A stretch of 64,000 nucleotides of DNA from an uncultured Candidatus Saccharibacteria bacterium (GCA_964438405.1 CAYTKF010000002.1:12404-76403); one strand, 5' to 3'; counted from the stretch's first letter, positions 33,271 to 43,041 are shown. Notes: generated by a model from the letters alone, not told the origin. Program-made: numbers and translations.

Positions 33271-35701
33271 TAAAGACAAAAAAATAATTCCGGCTGAGAT
33301 AAGCAGGGAGATGCGCGCGTCTTATCTTGACTATGCCATGTCCGTGATTGTTTCGCGCGCTCTGCCTGATGTTCGGGACGGACTCAAACCTGTCCATCGC
33401 AGAATCCTTTATTCTATGCACGAACTAGGGCTTGACCATTCAGCGAAATTTCGGAAGTCAGCATTAATTGTCGGAGATACACTCGGAAAATATCATCCCC
33501 ATGGCGACGTTGCCGTTTACGACACCATGGCCAGAATGGCACAGGATTTTTTGATGAGGTATCCGCTTGTTGATGGTCAGGGCAATTGGGGTTCTGTTGA
33601 CGGCGACTCGCCAGCTGCCATGCGTTACACAGAGGCAAAAATGACTTCCATCGCCGGCGAAATGCTCAGGGATATAGAAAAAGAAACAGTTGATTTCCGT
33701 CCCAATTACGACAATCGCCTTAAAGAGCCAGTGGTTTTACCCAGTCGCATCCCCAATCTTCTTATAAATGGTTCTTTGGGTATTGCCGTTGGTATGGCCA
33801 CAAATATTCCTCCGCACAATCTGACTGAAGTTGTGGATGCCACTAGCTATCTCATAGATAATCCCAAGGCAGATACAGAAGATTTGATGCAGTTTATAAA
33901 GGGACCGGATTTTCCCACCGGTGGTTTAATTTTTAATAATAATGATATCCAACAGGCCTATGCAACAGGCAGAGGCGGAGTGGTCACGCGCGGCGAGGCG
34001 GAAATTGTGGAAAAGAAAACAGGCAACTTTCAGATTTTAATTTCGTCAATTCCTTATCAGGTTAATAAATCAGAATTAATTATGGGAATGGCAGAATTGG
34101 TGCACGAAAAAAAAATAGAAGGTATAAAAGATATCCGCGACGAATCAGACAGAGAGGGTTTGCAGATTGCCATTGATTTGAAACAAGGTATAAACCCGCA
34201 GAAAATTTTAAATAATTTATACAAACACACTGCTTTAGAGCGCACTTATCATTTTAATATGATTGCCTTGATTGACGGAGGCATCCAGCCCCAGGTTCTG
34301 CGCCTGGAGGATATTCTTAAGAATTTTATAGAACACAGGAGAATTGTTGTGGAGCGCAGGGCCAAGTTTGAGCTTAACCGCGCCCTGGAGCGCGCGCATA
34401 TTTTGGAAGGGCTCAAAAAAGCGCTTGACCACATTGACGCCATCATAAAAATAATTAAGGCATCAGCAGATAAGGAAGTCGCGCATAAGAACCTGATGAA
34501 AAAGTTTGATTTCTCTGACGCACAGGCAACAGCCATTTTAGAAATGAAATTGCAGACACTGGCTGGTCTTGAAAGACAAAAAATAGAAAATGAACTGGAA
34601 GAAAAAATAAAACTCATAAAAGAATTGCGTGTGCTTCTCGCAGACCCGAAGAAAATTTTAAAAGTCATCAAAGACGAGCTGCTTGAAATTAAAAATAAAT
34701 ACGGAGATGAAAGGAAGACAAAGATTATGGCCCGGGCTGCCAAGGTGATGTCAAATGATGATTTGGTGCCGGAAAAAGAACAGGTAATGACTTTAACCTC
34801 AGGCGGATATATCAAGCGCACAGATCCCGAGGCATATAAGGCGCAGAAGCGTGGCGGCATTGGAGTTATTGACATGGATACCAAAGAAGAGGATTTTGTA
34901 AATATTTTTGTCACCGCAAACACGCATGATGATTTATTGTTTTTTACAGACAAAGGAAAGGCCTATCAGATAAAAATGTATGATTTGCCGGAAGGCAAAC
35001 GTGCGACCAAAGGCAAATCAATTGTTAATTTTCTTTCCACAACCGGCGAGGAAAAAGTTACATCTGTTTTAGTATTTCCCAAGTCGGCAAAAGAAATGCC
35101 TGGTTCGCTTGCAATGGTTACAAAAAATGGTGTTGTTAAAAAGGTTGATGTTTCGAGTTTTAAGGAAGTGAGGCGCAATGGAATCATCGCCATAAAACTT
35201 TCCAAGGACGATGAACTCAAATTCAGTTTTTTGGTGAATAAGAGCGAGAATATAATTTTGGCCAGCAAACGTGGCCAGTCAATAATGTTTAAAGAATCTG
35301 ATGTGCGCGCAATGGGAAGATCTGCCGGCGGAGTCCGGGCAATAAGATTAAAAACAGATGAATTAGTGGGCGCAGGTGCGGCCAATCCCAAAGACAAAGA
35401 GCAGCATTTCTTGACTATGAGCAAAAAAGGATTTGGCAAAAAAACCAGCATCAAGGGTTACCGTTTGCAGAAACGCGGCGGTTCGGGAATTAAAACAGCA
35501 AAAATTACGGAAAAGACCGGCCCGCTAATGATTGCCAAAGTTGTTGACCCGGAGTCGCAAGAAATTATAGCCATCTCTCAAAAAGGACAGGTGATAAGAA
35601 CAACTATGAACAGCATTCCAATTTTGGGCAGACAGACCCAGGGCGTTAGAATAATGAAATTAAAAGCAGGGGATTCAATCGCCTCATTAACATGCTTGTA
35701 A
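33263..35701 (+). CDS. gyrA: DNA gyrase subunit A
   Basis: [26 protein letters not shown], active-site region DGxGNWGSxDGD, and a C-terminal beta-pinwheel region. Confidence 0.95.
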   Translation: MSDKDKKIIPAEISREMRASYLDYAMSVIVSRALPDVRDGLKPVHRRILYSMHELGLDHSAKFRKSALIVGDTLGKYHPHGDVAVYDTMARMAQDFLMRYPLVDGQGNWGSVDGDSPAAMRYTEAKMTSIAGEMLRDIEKETVDFRPNYDNRLKEPVVLPSRIPNLLINGSLGIAVGMATNIPPHNLTEVVDATSYLIDNPKADTEDLMQFIKGPDFPTGGLIFNNNDIQQAYATGRGGVVTRGEAEIVEKKTGNFQILISSIPYQVNKSELIMGMAELVHEKKIEGIKDIRDESDREGLQIAIDLKQGINPQKILNNLYKHTALERTYHFNMIALIDGGIQPQVLRLEDILKNFIEHRRIVVERRAKFELNRALERAHILEGLKKALDHIDAIIKIIKASADKEVAHKNLMKKFDFSDAQATAILEMKLQTLAGLERQKIENELEEKIKLIKELRVLLADPKKILKVIKDELLEIKNKYGDERKTKIMARAAKVMSNDDLVPEKEQVMTLTSGGYIKRTDPEAYKAQKRGGIGVIDMDTKEEDFVNIFVTANTHDDLLFFTDKGKAYQIKMYDLPEGKRATKGKSIVNFLSTTGEEKVTSVLVFPKSAKEMPGSLAMVTKNGVVKKVDVSSFKEVRRNGIIAIKLSKDDELKFSFLVNKSENIILASKRGQSIMFKESDVRAMGRSAGGVRAIRLKTDELVGAGAANPKDKEQHFLTMSKKGFGKKTSIKGYRLQKRGGSGIKTAKITEKTGPLMIAKVVDPESQEIIAISQKGQVIRTTMNSIPILGRQTQGVRIMKLKAGDSIASLTCL

Positions 35702-35726
35702 ATTTAAATTGTGGTAAAATAAAAGT

Positions 35727-36266
35727 GTGTTTGTCAGACCTGAGGAAGTTATAAAAAATTTTGGACTTGAACCGGGAATGATGGTGGCTGATTTTGGCTG
35801 CGGTCTCGGCCATTATTCTCTTGCCGCGGCAAAAAGAGTTGCTCCAAACGGCGTTGTCTATGCAATTGACGTGCAAAAAGAACTGCTTCAATCGGTAAAA
35901 TCTCAGGCTGAGCTGGACCAGATTAAAAATCTCCAGATAATCTGGGCTGACCTTGAAGTTCCCAATGGCTCCCGTCTCAATGTCGGCGCCCTTGATTTTA
36001 TTATCATCTCCAATATCTTATTTCAGGCTCAACACAGGGAACAGCTTGCAAAAGAGGCTTTCAGAATTTTAAAAGACGGCGGGAAAACTGGTATAATAGA
36101 ATGGGAACCGTATCAGAAAGATTTGGCTCTTAAGGCTGGTCCCCCTCCGGAAAAAAGAATTTCCCAAGAGGAAATAAAAAAAATATTTATGGCAAACGGT
36201 TTCAAAATTGATAAAGAATTTGTTCCCGGAGACGACCATTACGGATTAATATTTCGTAAAGCATGA
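35727..36266 (+). CDS. Class I SAM-dependent methyltransferase
   Basis: VADFGCGLGHYS (motif I GxGxG) and DFIIISNI (motif II). Confidence 0.65.
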   Translation: MFVRPEEVIKNFGLEPGMMVADFGCGLGHYSLAAAKRVAPNGVVYAIDVQKELLQSVKSQAELDQIKNLQIIWADLEVPNGSRLNVGALDFIIISNILFQAQHREQLAKEAFRILKDGGKTGIIEWEPYQKDLALKAGPPPEKRISQEEIKKIFMANGFKIDKEFVPGDDHYGLIFRKA

Positions 36267-37582
36267 GCAAACTTCAGATAATTTTAATCGCCGTATTTTC
36301 AATAGTCGCGCTTATAGCAGTTTTAATGTTTGCTGGTTTGATACCCGGTTTTAAGGGCGGGGGCGGACAGATAACAGGTGCGGCAGTAACAATGTGGGGG
36401 ATATTTCCACAGCAACAGATGACACAACTTGTTCAAACCCTAAACGAAAACAACAAAGCCCTTTTTCAGCTTTCTTACAAAGAGCAGAAACTAGTTGATT
36501 ATAGAGATACGCTTTTAAATGCCATGGCCTCAGGCAACGGTCCTGATATTTGGATGATGACGCAGGATATCATAATAAGCGATAAATCAAAAGTTTATCT
36601 TATACCATTTCAATCCATCAATGAAAGAGATTTTAAAGATACTTTTATAGATGAAGGGGAATTATTTTTTAATTATCAGAAAGATGTTTCCAATAATACG
36701 ACAAAAAGCATAATCGGACTGCCTTTGGCCATAGACCCGATTGTCCTTTTTTGGAACAAGGATATTTTTTCTTCCAACGGCGTCAGCCAGCCCCCGAAGA
36801 CATGGGATGAATTTATGACAGATGTTCAGACATTCACTCAAAAAGACGAGGCCGGAAATATAATTACGGCCGGTACTGCAATGGGCAAATTTTCCAACAT
36901 CAAGAACGCAAAATATATTCTTTCTATGCTTATACTTCAAGGCGGAAATGAAATAATAGAGCCGGATACAATGGATGTTGTTTTGGGAGAAAAGGGAAAT
37001 AATCTCATTGACCCAGCAGAAAGCGCCCTAAGGTTTTTTAACGAATTTTCCAATCCCAATAAAATTTCTTACACCTGGAACGAAGCCTTGCCTTCCTCTG
37101 AAACAATGTTTTCCAACGGCTCTTTGGCAATGTATTTCGGTTTTGCCAGCGAAATGGATACCATAAAACAAAAAAATCCCCATCTTAATTTTGACATCAC
37201 AGAAGTTCCGCAGATAAAAGATAGTAAAAACAAAACAACATTTGGAAAAATTTACGGCTTAGTTATTTCCAAGTCCTCTAAAAATTTACAGGCGTCGTTC
37301 TCCGCAATCGCGGCAATGGCCAATGCTGATTTTGAGCGGCAATTTTCAAATGCATTTAATCTTGGTCCAGCAAGAAGAGATATATTGGCGGAAAAAGCAA
37401 CCAGCCCGTTTTTATCCGTTGTCTACAAGTCATCAATAATGTCCAAGGCGTGGCTGGAACCGGACCCGGCGCAAGTTTCAGCCATTTTTAAAAATATGGT
37501 AGAATCAACAGCATCAGGCAGGACAAATTTTTCCGATGCCATCAGCAATGCAAAAAGACAGATAGAACAGTTGTTGAGGTAA
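36263..37582 (+). CDS. Extracellular solute-binding protein (ABC transporter SBP family 1-like) with N-terminal anchor
   Basis: N-terminal TM. GLPLAIDPIVLFWNKDIF resembles the SBP_bac_1 core. 439 aa. Confidence 0.5.
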   Translation: MSKLQIILIAVFSIVALIAVLMFAGLIPGFKGGGGQITGAAVTMWGIFPQQQMTQLVQTLNENNKALFQLSYKEQKLVDYRDTLLNAMASGNGPDIWMMTQDIIISDKSKVYLIPFQSINERDFKDTFIDEGELFFNYQKDVSNNTTKSIIGLPLAIDPIVLFWNKDIFSSNGVSQPPKTWDEFMTDVQTFTQKDEAGNIITAGTAMGKFSNIKNAKYILSMLILQGGNEIIEPDTMDVVLGEKGNNLIDPAESALRFFNEFSNPNKISYTWNEALPSSETMFSNGSLAMYFGFASEMDTIKQKNPHLNFDITEVPQIKDSKNKTTFGKIYGLVISKSSKNLQASFSAIAAMANADFERQFSNAFNLGPARRDILAEKATSPFLSVVYKSSIMSKAWLEPDPAQVSAIFKNMVESTASGRTNFSDAISNAKRQIEQLLR

Positions 37583-37596
37583 ATTAAAAACGTAAA

Positions 37597-38031
37597 ATGA
37601 AAAATGCAAAATTAAAATCTAAAATTCAAAATTGTTTTAAGTTTTTAGTTGTCGTTTTTAGTTTTTCATTTTTACTTTTAAATTTGAGCTTCGTTCACGC
37701 TGCTGCTCTTGTTCCCTGTGGAACAAAAGATAACCCTACTGCCTGCACCATCTGCGATCTCTTTAAGCTTGTCAAAAATATTGTTAATTTTCTTACCATT
37801 GATATTGCTACGCCATTGGCAATTATTATTTTGATTTACGGTGGAGTGAAATTGATAACTGCCGGCGGGTCAGAAGAAAAAGTAAAACAGGGCCAGACAG
37901 CAGTGAGAAGGGCGGCTTACGGCTTATTGTTTGTTTTCGGCGCCTGGCTCATAGTAAATACTCTTTTGACCTGGGTTGGAAACAGCGATTTATTAAAGTC
38001 TTATTGGCCAGGACTTAGTGGCTGTGTATAA
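37597..38031 (+). CDS. VirB2/TrbC-like pilin-type small membrane protein, paralog 1
   Basis: Signal peptide, then helix-polar loop-helix LAIIILIYGGVKLITAGGSEEKVKQGQ...YGLLFVFGAWLIV. One of four tandem paralogs. Confidence 0.45.
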   Translation: MKNAKLKSKIQNCFKFLVVVFSFSFLLLNLSFVHAAALVPCGTKDNPTACTICDLFKLVKNIVNFLTIDIATPLAIIILIYGGVKLITAGGSEEKVKQGQTAVRRAAYGLLFVFGAWLIVNTLLTWVGNSDLLKSYWPGLSGCV

Positions 38032-38072
38032 AATTTTTGATGAATAAAAATATTTTGGTATAATAAATAAAG

Positions 38073-38423
38073 ATGGGCAATAAAATTAAAAAAATATTTT
38101 TCTGGATAGGGGTGAATATGATTTTAATCAGGCCAGCAATGGCCAGCACTTGCGTCAGCGGAGGCGGGCTTACTAATCCGTTAAATTCCTGTTCTTTTGC
38201 AGAATTAGTTACAACCATTGCCAATTTGGCAATGAAAATCGGCATTCCCATTGCAGCCATATTTATAATTTACGCTGGCTTGCAATTTGTCACAGCCAGG
38301 GGAAACGAAGAAAAATTAAAATCAGCAAAGACAAATTTTTACTGGGCAATGATAGGCACAGCCATACTTTTGGGAGCAAATGTCATTGCCACAGCAATAT
38401 CAGAAACAATCAAAGGGTTTTAA
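38073..38423 (+). CDS. VirB2/TrbC-like pilin-type small membrane protein, paralog 2
   Basis: IAAIFIIYAGLQFVTARGNEEKLKSAKT...AMIGTAILLGANVIATA. Confidence 0.45.
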   Translation: MGNKIKKIFFWIGVNMILIRPAMASTCVSGGGLTNPLNSCSFAELVTTIANLAMKIGIPIAAIFIIYAGLQFVTARGNEEKLKSAKTNFYWAMIGTAILLGANVIATAISETIKGF

Positions 38424-38460
38424 AATTATTCACCTTGTCAAATAATTTTAAATTTCTGGA

Positions 38461-38727
38461 ATGCAATATTATTATACATATATACTAAAATCAGAGAAGG
38501 ATGGTAAATTATATACTGGATATACAAAAAATTTAAAATTAAGATTTGAGCAACATATTAAAGGATTAATAGAATCAACCAAAAACAGGAAGCCATTAAA
38601 ATTAATATATTATGAAGCATGTTTAAATCAGCAAGATGCCACGAAGAGAGAAAAGTACTTAAAGACATATTTAGGAAAAATGTTTTTAAGAAACAGGCTT
38701 GCTAGGTGGATTTCACAAAGTGATTAA
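38461..38727 (+). CDS. GIY-YIG nuclease domain protein (YhbQ/UPF0213-like)
   Basis: YYTYILKSEKDGKLYTGYTKNLKLRFEQH matches the GIY-x10-YIG...R..H core. 88 aa. Confidence 0.75.
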   Translation: MQYYYTYILKSEKDGKLYTGYTKNLKLRFEQHIKGLIESTKNRKPLKLIYYEACLNQQDATKREKYLKTYLGKMFLRNRLARWISQSD

Positions 38728-38787
38728 TCTACGATAGCTCAAATCTTATTTAACAGGGTAAAGGTCGAAAAATAAAACATAAAATTT

Positions 38788-39120
38788 ATGAAAAAATTTA
38801 TCGCAATCGGTTTAGCATTAGCGCCGTCACTGGCATTTGCGGCCGATATCAATTCTATATTAGGAGTGATAAGAAACATTCTTAATACGCTTGTTCCGCT
38901 TCTTATTGGTATTGCAGTTGTTGTTTTCCTTTGGGGAGTTATCAAATATATTACTGCCGGAGGAGATGAGGAAAAAAGAAAAGAGGCGCGCAATATGATG
39001 ATGTACGGCATTATCGGTTTGTTTGTGATGGTGGCTGTCTGGGGTTTGGTTGCTGTTTTGGGCAACACTTTGGGTGTTCAGCCCGGAGGTACAGCACCAG
39101 GCGTTCCCACACTCCCGTAA
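38788..39120 (+). CDS. VirB2/TrbC-like pilin-type small membrane protein, paralog 3
   Basis: Signal peptide MKKFIAIGLALAPSLAFA. LLIGIAVVVFLWGVIKYITAGGDEEKRKEARN...YGIIGLFVMVAVWGLV. Confidence 0.45.
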   Translation: MKKFIAIGLALAPSLAFAADINSILGVIRNILNTLVPLLIGIAVVVFLWGVIKYITAGGDEEKRKEARNMMMYGIIGLFVMVAVWGLVAVLGNTLGVQPGGTAPGVPTLP

Positions 39121-39124
39121 TCTT

Positions 39125-39382
39125 ATGAGTTCAGCCGCAGCCGACACTTTAATTTCCAAAATAAATACACAGATTCTCAATCCCATTATTGGGTTATTAA
39201 TTGCCATTGGTTTGGTTGTTTTTCTTTACGGTGTGGTGGAATTTCTTGCCGGAGCAGATAATCAGGAAAAAAGAGAGCAGGGCAAAAAACATATGATTTG
39301 GGGAATTATCGGCCTGTTCATAATGGTTGGCGTGTTTGGTTTGATGGAGGTAGTTGTGAATTTTATAAACAGTTTGAAGTAA
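39125..39382 (+). CDS. VirB2/TrbC-like pilin-type small membrane protein, paralog 4
   Basis: IGLLIAIGLVVFLYGVVEFLAGADNQEKREQGKK...WGIIGLFIMVGVFGLM. Start placed at the internal Met after the paralog 3 stop. Confidence 0.4.
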   Translation: MSSAAADTLISKINTQILNPIIGLLIAIGLVVFLYGVVEFLAGADNQEKREQGKKHMIWGIIGLFIMVGVFGLMEVVVNFINSLK

Positions 39383-39385
39383 AAA

Positions 39386-39424
39386 GAAAAAAGGGCATCC
39401 CGCTACAGCTGGATGCCTTTTGAT
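39386..39424. terminator. Bidirectional rho-independent terminator
   Basis: AAAAAGGGCATCC-CGCTACAGCT-GGATGCCCTTTTGATTT. Confidence 0.7.
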
Positions 39425-39443
39425 TTGTACAAAAAAGTGCTAA

Positions 39444-40121
39444 TTATTTTTTCTCTATCCAGAGATTTGCGGAAAAATTTTCTTTATCCTTAATCCAGCC
39501 AATGGCTGAATTTTCTTCGGAATCGGGAGAAAATTGAAGATTGAAATCGCCCCAACCTCCAATATCTCTCCATCTTCCGTTATAGGAAATTCCGTCTTCA
39601 GAATTTCCCACAAGAGTTCCGTTTCCGCGGACGCCGATAAATTTTACCAAGAGAGATTTCTCGTCGCGTTTGTCTATGATGCAGGGCATGCATCTTTGAG
39701 AAACGAGACTTACCAGATTTTGGCCTGGCTGTAACTTCCAGCATAACCAGTAGCTGGGCTTGGCAGCGATTTCGCGAGTGATTTCCGGTTTGGACGTCCT
39801 AGCCGGCCGCAACCGTGGCTGCGCGGTTGCCTTCCGGCTTGCCGTGACAGGTAGTTCCAGTGGTACAGGAGTTTTGGAACTTTGATACTTCTGCCAGCCC
39901 CAGTATCCTCCGCCGGCCACTACGGCGATAAAGACCAGCCATCCCAGCCAAGCAAAACTGAATCTTCTTGGTGGCGCCGGCGTAGCTGGCACAGGTTTTG
40001 TTGGAGCAGGAGTTGGGGTCGCGTTTTTGATCCCTTTTTTTCTACTGGCCGTAATGAGAAAAATCACCAATAATACAATAGTTCCCAGGAAACTCCACAA
40101 GAGTAATTTGATGAACATCAA
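39444..40121 (-). CDS. Hypothetical bitopic membrane protein with a Pro/Thr-rich linker
   Basis: 225 aa, two TM segments. The linker is encoded by a GC-rich segment containing an imperfect palindrome (39795-39835). Confidence 0.4.
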   Translation of the reverse strand: MMFIKLLLWSFLGTIVLLVIFLITASRKKGIKNATPTPAPTKPVPATPAPPRRFSFAWLGWLVFIAVVAGGGYWGWQKYQSSKTPVPLELPVTASRKATAQPRLRPARTSKPEITREIAAKPSYWLCWKLQPGQNLVSLVSQRCMPCIIDKRDEKSLLVKFIGVRGNGTLVGNSEDGISYNGRWRDIGGWGDFNLQFSPDSEENSAIGWIKDKENFSANLWIEKK

Positions 40122-41290
40122 CTGCCACCTTTCTTGCCGAGCAATCCTTCAATAAAACCTTGAATGGATCCGAAGGGAAGAAAGAGTTTAGTGGCTTGGC
40201 CTTTGCTGGCTTCACGGATTGTTTCGCCGGCAAAAACCATCTCACCCTGCAATCCTTCTTCTTTGACCGCCAGCGTGATTTTTTTGAAACGATCATATTC
40301 AGCGTCACGTAGAGTGGCGATTCTTAGTGCCTCTCTATCGGCCGCAGCCTGCGCCGTGGCCTGCTTAGTGAATCCCTCTGGAAGCTCTACTTCAAGAAAC
40401 TGAATCCTCTTCACTTGTGCGCCGTATCTGTCCAAAACGTACTCTGTAAGTTGCATGCCTCCGCCAGTGAGTGACTTCAAGAAAGCTTCATCTTTATCAT
40501 GTTCCAAAACCTCCTTTTTTTGAAGTACCGCATCGTACTTATTCCAGGCAACCCACGATCTCAGCGCTGATTCAATGGCAAAAAGTGTGACATCAAGCCA
40601 CTTGTCAACGCGGAAGAGCGCCTTGTATGGATTTAGTATTCTAAGGGTTACCACCGCGTAGATAGTAACCGGCATCCAGCTATCTTTAACGTCAGCATCC
40701 CGGAGGATGATCAGGTAATTAGCGTCTCGCAAATAAATGTAGTCGAGTTGTTTTGAGAATGAAACAGCCCATTGTCCATTCGGAAGTTCTTTTTGAGAAA
40801 CAAAACCCTCCTCTGGTTTCTCCTCATTCACTTTTATGTTTCTAGTTACGACCCACCGGAAGTTGTATCGGTGGATCTCATCAACAGTGGGAATGCCCAA
40901 CCAACGGATTCCTCCAAGTTTTTTTCTTTTCTTCTCTTTTTTTAGTTCTTCGACGATATTTCCTTTTTCATCCTCTGTATATCCTTTATATGCCATCAGG
41001 CCCTTACGGAAAGATCCGGCCCGCACGACCGCTTTCCACTCGCCTTCGTTGACGAGCGTAAGGAAAAAATCCCGATCCGCGATCCAGCGGAGAATTATAG
41101 GCAAAAGGATTGGGCTCATAACAACAAGTGCCAAACCTACGCCTAACAAAATCGGAACCCAACTCGGAGCATTTGTCAGGGATTCTACTAAATCCGGTCC
41201 CAACAAAATAATCCCAAAAACTAGAAGTGAAGCCGAAATAACAACAAGTAGAGACAAAACAGCAAGAAAAACAATCTTGATAATCCTCAT
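40118..41290 (-). CDS. SPFH/band-7 (stomatin/prohibitin/HflC-like) domain membrane protein
   Basis: N-terminal TMs, then a PVTIYAVVTLRILNPYKALFRV-type SPFH core and a C-terminal coiled coil (AQAAADREALRIATLRDAEYDRF). Confidence 0.55.
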   Translation of the reverse strand: MRIIKIVFLAVLSLLVVISASLLVFGIILLGPDLVESLTNAPSWVPILLGVGLALVVMSPILLPIILRWIADRDFFLTLVNEGEWKAVVRAGSFRKGLMAYKGYTEDEKGNIVEELKKEKKRKKLGGIRWLGIPTVDEIHRYNFRWVVTRNIKVNEEKPEEGFVSQKELPNGQWAVSFSKQLDYIYLRDANYLIILRDADVKDSWMPVTIYAVVTLRILNPYKALFRVDKWLDVTLFAIESALRSWVAWNKYDAVLQKKEVLEHDKDEAFLKSLTGGGMQLTEYVLDRYGAQVKRIQFLEVELPEGFTKQATAQAAADREALRIATLRDAEYDRFKKITLAVKEEGLQGEMVFAGETIREASKGQATKLFLPFGSIQGFIEGLLGKKGGS

Positions 41291-41420
41291 CTCTTTTTAC
41301 CTCCCTTTCTTTCCTTTCCTTATTCAGTTGTTAAAACTGCAAATTCCGTACTCATTCATACTATATAAATATAAAAAAGTCAACCCTAAACAGGATTGAC
41401 CTTTTTAATCGGAATTATTT

Positions 41421-41636
41421 TTATGCCATCGGGGCCACTGCTTTTCTGCCCATTTTTCCCACAGCAAAAATCAAGTAGAGAGCCGAGAGTCCAACCAAAA
41501 CATAAACCACGCGCGACAGAGCTGACATGTCTCCCAAAACAGCTGCAACCAAATCCCAGTTAAGAAGTCCAACAAGTCCCCAGTTTAGACCGCCAATGAT
41601 AACAAGTATTATTGCTATCCAATCAAGCGTTTTCAT
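41421..41636 (-). CDS. DUF378-like small membrane protein
   Basis: 71 aa. DWIAIILVIIGGLNWGLVGLLNWDLVAAVLG is typical of the DUF378/YuzA family. Confidence 0.6.
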   Translation of the reverse strand: MKTLDWIAIILVIIGGLNWGLVGLLNWDLVAAVLGDMSALSRVVYVLVGLSALYLIFAVGKMGRKAVAPMA

Positions 41637-41803
41637 AAATTATTTTAAAATTGCGTTTATAAAAATGACCTTTCTTATATTTTACCACTTATCTATAATC
41701 TTTTAATTAAAAAGTGGATAAAACCCCAAAAACAAAGGCCGCCCATGGCTAGGGCGACCTTATTAAATATCGCATATTCAGCGTTACATCTATTACAACA
41801 AGC

Positions 41804-42106
41804 TCAATGCGGTTTAGGTTTTCTTTTTTCTAGTTTTTCTTCTATTTTCTTTTCCGCGCGTTCCCGATTGAGTACTATTCTGGCCAATTCTAATTGATAA
41901 CTTGGCGGTTCGTCAGGATATAAACTTTTTATTATTCCTATTTGTTTTTTGAGTTCCGGATCAAGAGCTTTTTTTATCAGCTCGCCCTTTTCATTAAAAA
42001 TGTTTCCAAGCGCGTCTTGAAATTGGCCGTTGCCAATCGGCTTTAATGCCTCGCCCTCTTTGGGCTCTTCAAACATCGGCATTGTGAACGGGTCTCTTTC
42101 GCTCAT
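41804..42106 (-). CDS. Hypothetical small protein
   Basis: 100-aa charged ORF followed by a terminator hairpin at 41740-41768. Confidence 0.4.
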   Translation of the reverse strand: MSERDPFTMPMFEEPKEGEALKPIGNGQFQDALGNIFNEKGELIKKALDPELKKQIGIIKSLYPDEPPSYQLELARIVLNRERAEKKIEEKLEKRKPKPH

Positions 42107-42209
42107 AAATTAATTATAACTTATCTTAATGTTATTTCAATTATCTCTGAGCGTCCAGTGGTGCGCATTGCCGGACCCCATGTGCCCACACCACTTGAGG
42201 TATAAATAA

Positions 42210-42252
42210 TTATGTTCAACATTAATTATGTTCAACATCTTATGTTCAACAT
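42210..42252. repeat. Three tandem copies of TTATGTTCAACAT, the last extended to GTTCAACATCGGAAGTCGC
   Basis: Copies at 42210-42222, 42226-42238 and 42240-42252. The motif GTTC(A/G)ACATCGGAAGTC recurs at 47949-47964. Confidence 0.7.
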
Positions 42253-42406
42253 CGGAAGTCGCACACCTAAGGCGATGACCGAAGCCAGAAATAAATACCA
42301 AAAAATTCCCAATGCAATGCCGGCAAGAATATAAAACCATCGGCTGAAAAAATTATCAACCACATGCGACAAAAAAGCCGAGGCAATAAACTCGCAACAT
42401 ACAATT

Positions 42407-42481
42407 TGGCTCCGGCACCTGGATTCGAACCAGGAACCTTCTCCTTAACAGGGAGCCGCTCTACCGTTGAGCTATGCCGGA
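42407..42481 (-). tRNA. tRNA-Asn(GTT) with encoded CCA
   Basis: Reverse complement reads TCCGGCA-TAGCTCAACGGTAGAGCG-GCTCC CTGTTAA GGAGA-AGGT-TCCTGG-TTCGAAT-CCAGGT-GCCGGA-GCCA. Confidence 0.8.
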
Positions 42482-42706
42482 ATCTGTTATGATTTTAATG
42501 GAAAATTTTTATACATGCAAGTTAATTTTTAAAAAAGAAAAACTCGCCTTTTTAGGGGACGGGTTTGTTGAGTGTGGCCGGTAAGCTTTGTCCCATTGCG
42601 GGACTTCCAGAGGAGTCTGGAGGGGCTGCTGCCGACCACGCATTAGGGAGCAACATCCTAATTAAAGTTTATCCCTTATATATTTATCGTCAATACAATT
42701 TATCTT

Positions 42707-42735
42707 TGACAAAAATATTTCAATATGCTAATATT
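42707..42735 (+). promoter_or_regulatory. Sigma70-like promoter (TTGACA-17-TAATAT) of the cold-shock gene
   Basis: TCTTTGACAaaaatatttcaatatgcTAATATtaat about 60 nt upstream of the csp ATG. Confidence 0.5.
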
Positions 42736-42793
42736 AATAACGTCAGAGATGGGGTCGCATTTCTAGATAGTCTTTATAATTTAACAACGAAAC

Positions 42794-42994
42794 ATGACAG
42801 GAACTATCAAGACACTTGTTGCAGACAGAGGATTTGGATTTATTGCCCGCGAAGGCGAGACAAAAGATCTTTTCTTTCACTCAAAAGATTTGAGTGGTGT
42901 GACATATGATGAATTGAAGATAGGTGATTCCGTTACTTTTGAGGTTGAGGAGGGCGAAAAAGGCCCTGCAGCCAAAAACGTGGCGCGCGCCTAA
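42794..42994 (+). CDS. csp: Cold-shock protein (CspA family)
   Basis: GTIKTLVADRGFGFIAREG...DLFFHSKDL contains the RNP1/RNP2 motifs. 66 aa. Confidence 0.9.
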   Translation: MTGTIKTLVADRGFGFIAREGETKDLFFHSKDLSGVTYDELKIGDSVTFEVEEGEKGPAAKNVARA

Positions 42995-43010
42995 AACTTC
43001 AGTTTTAAAG

Positions 43011-43041
43011 AAAAACCATCCGCCCAGGGCGGATGGTTTTT
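43011..43041 (+). terminator. Rho-independent terminator
   Basis: AAAAACCATCCGCCC-AGG-GCGGATGGTTTTTCTTTTT. Confidence 0.8.

Noticed and set aside
42137-42340. 67-aa minus-strand ORF over the TTATGTTCAACAT repeats
   Set aside because: The translation is driven by the tandem repeat and no RBS is present. Treated as a non-coding repeat region.
42540-42800. SRP RNA or tmRNA candidate in the tRNA-Asn/csp gap
   Set aside because: The hairpin lacks the SRP domain-IV GGAA-tetraloop/AGGUCAGG consensus. It also lacks any tmRNA tRNA-like end (no T-loop GGUUCGAAUCC with a paired 5' GGGG). Left as an unassigned structured element.
42565-42909. 114-aa ORF upstream of and overlapping csp
   Set aside because: It overlaps the well-supported cold-shock gene out of frame and spans its promoter. 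The region is better explained as a structured non-coding hairpin plus the promoter.
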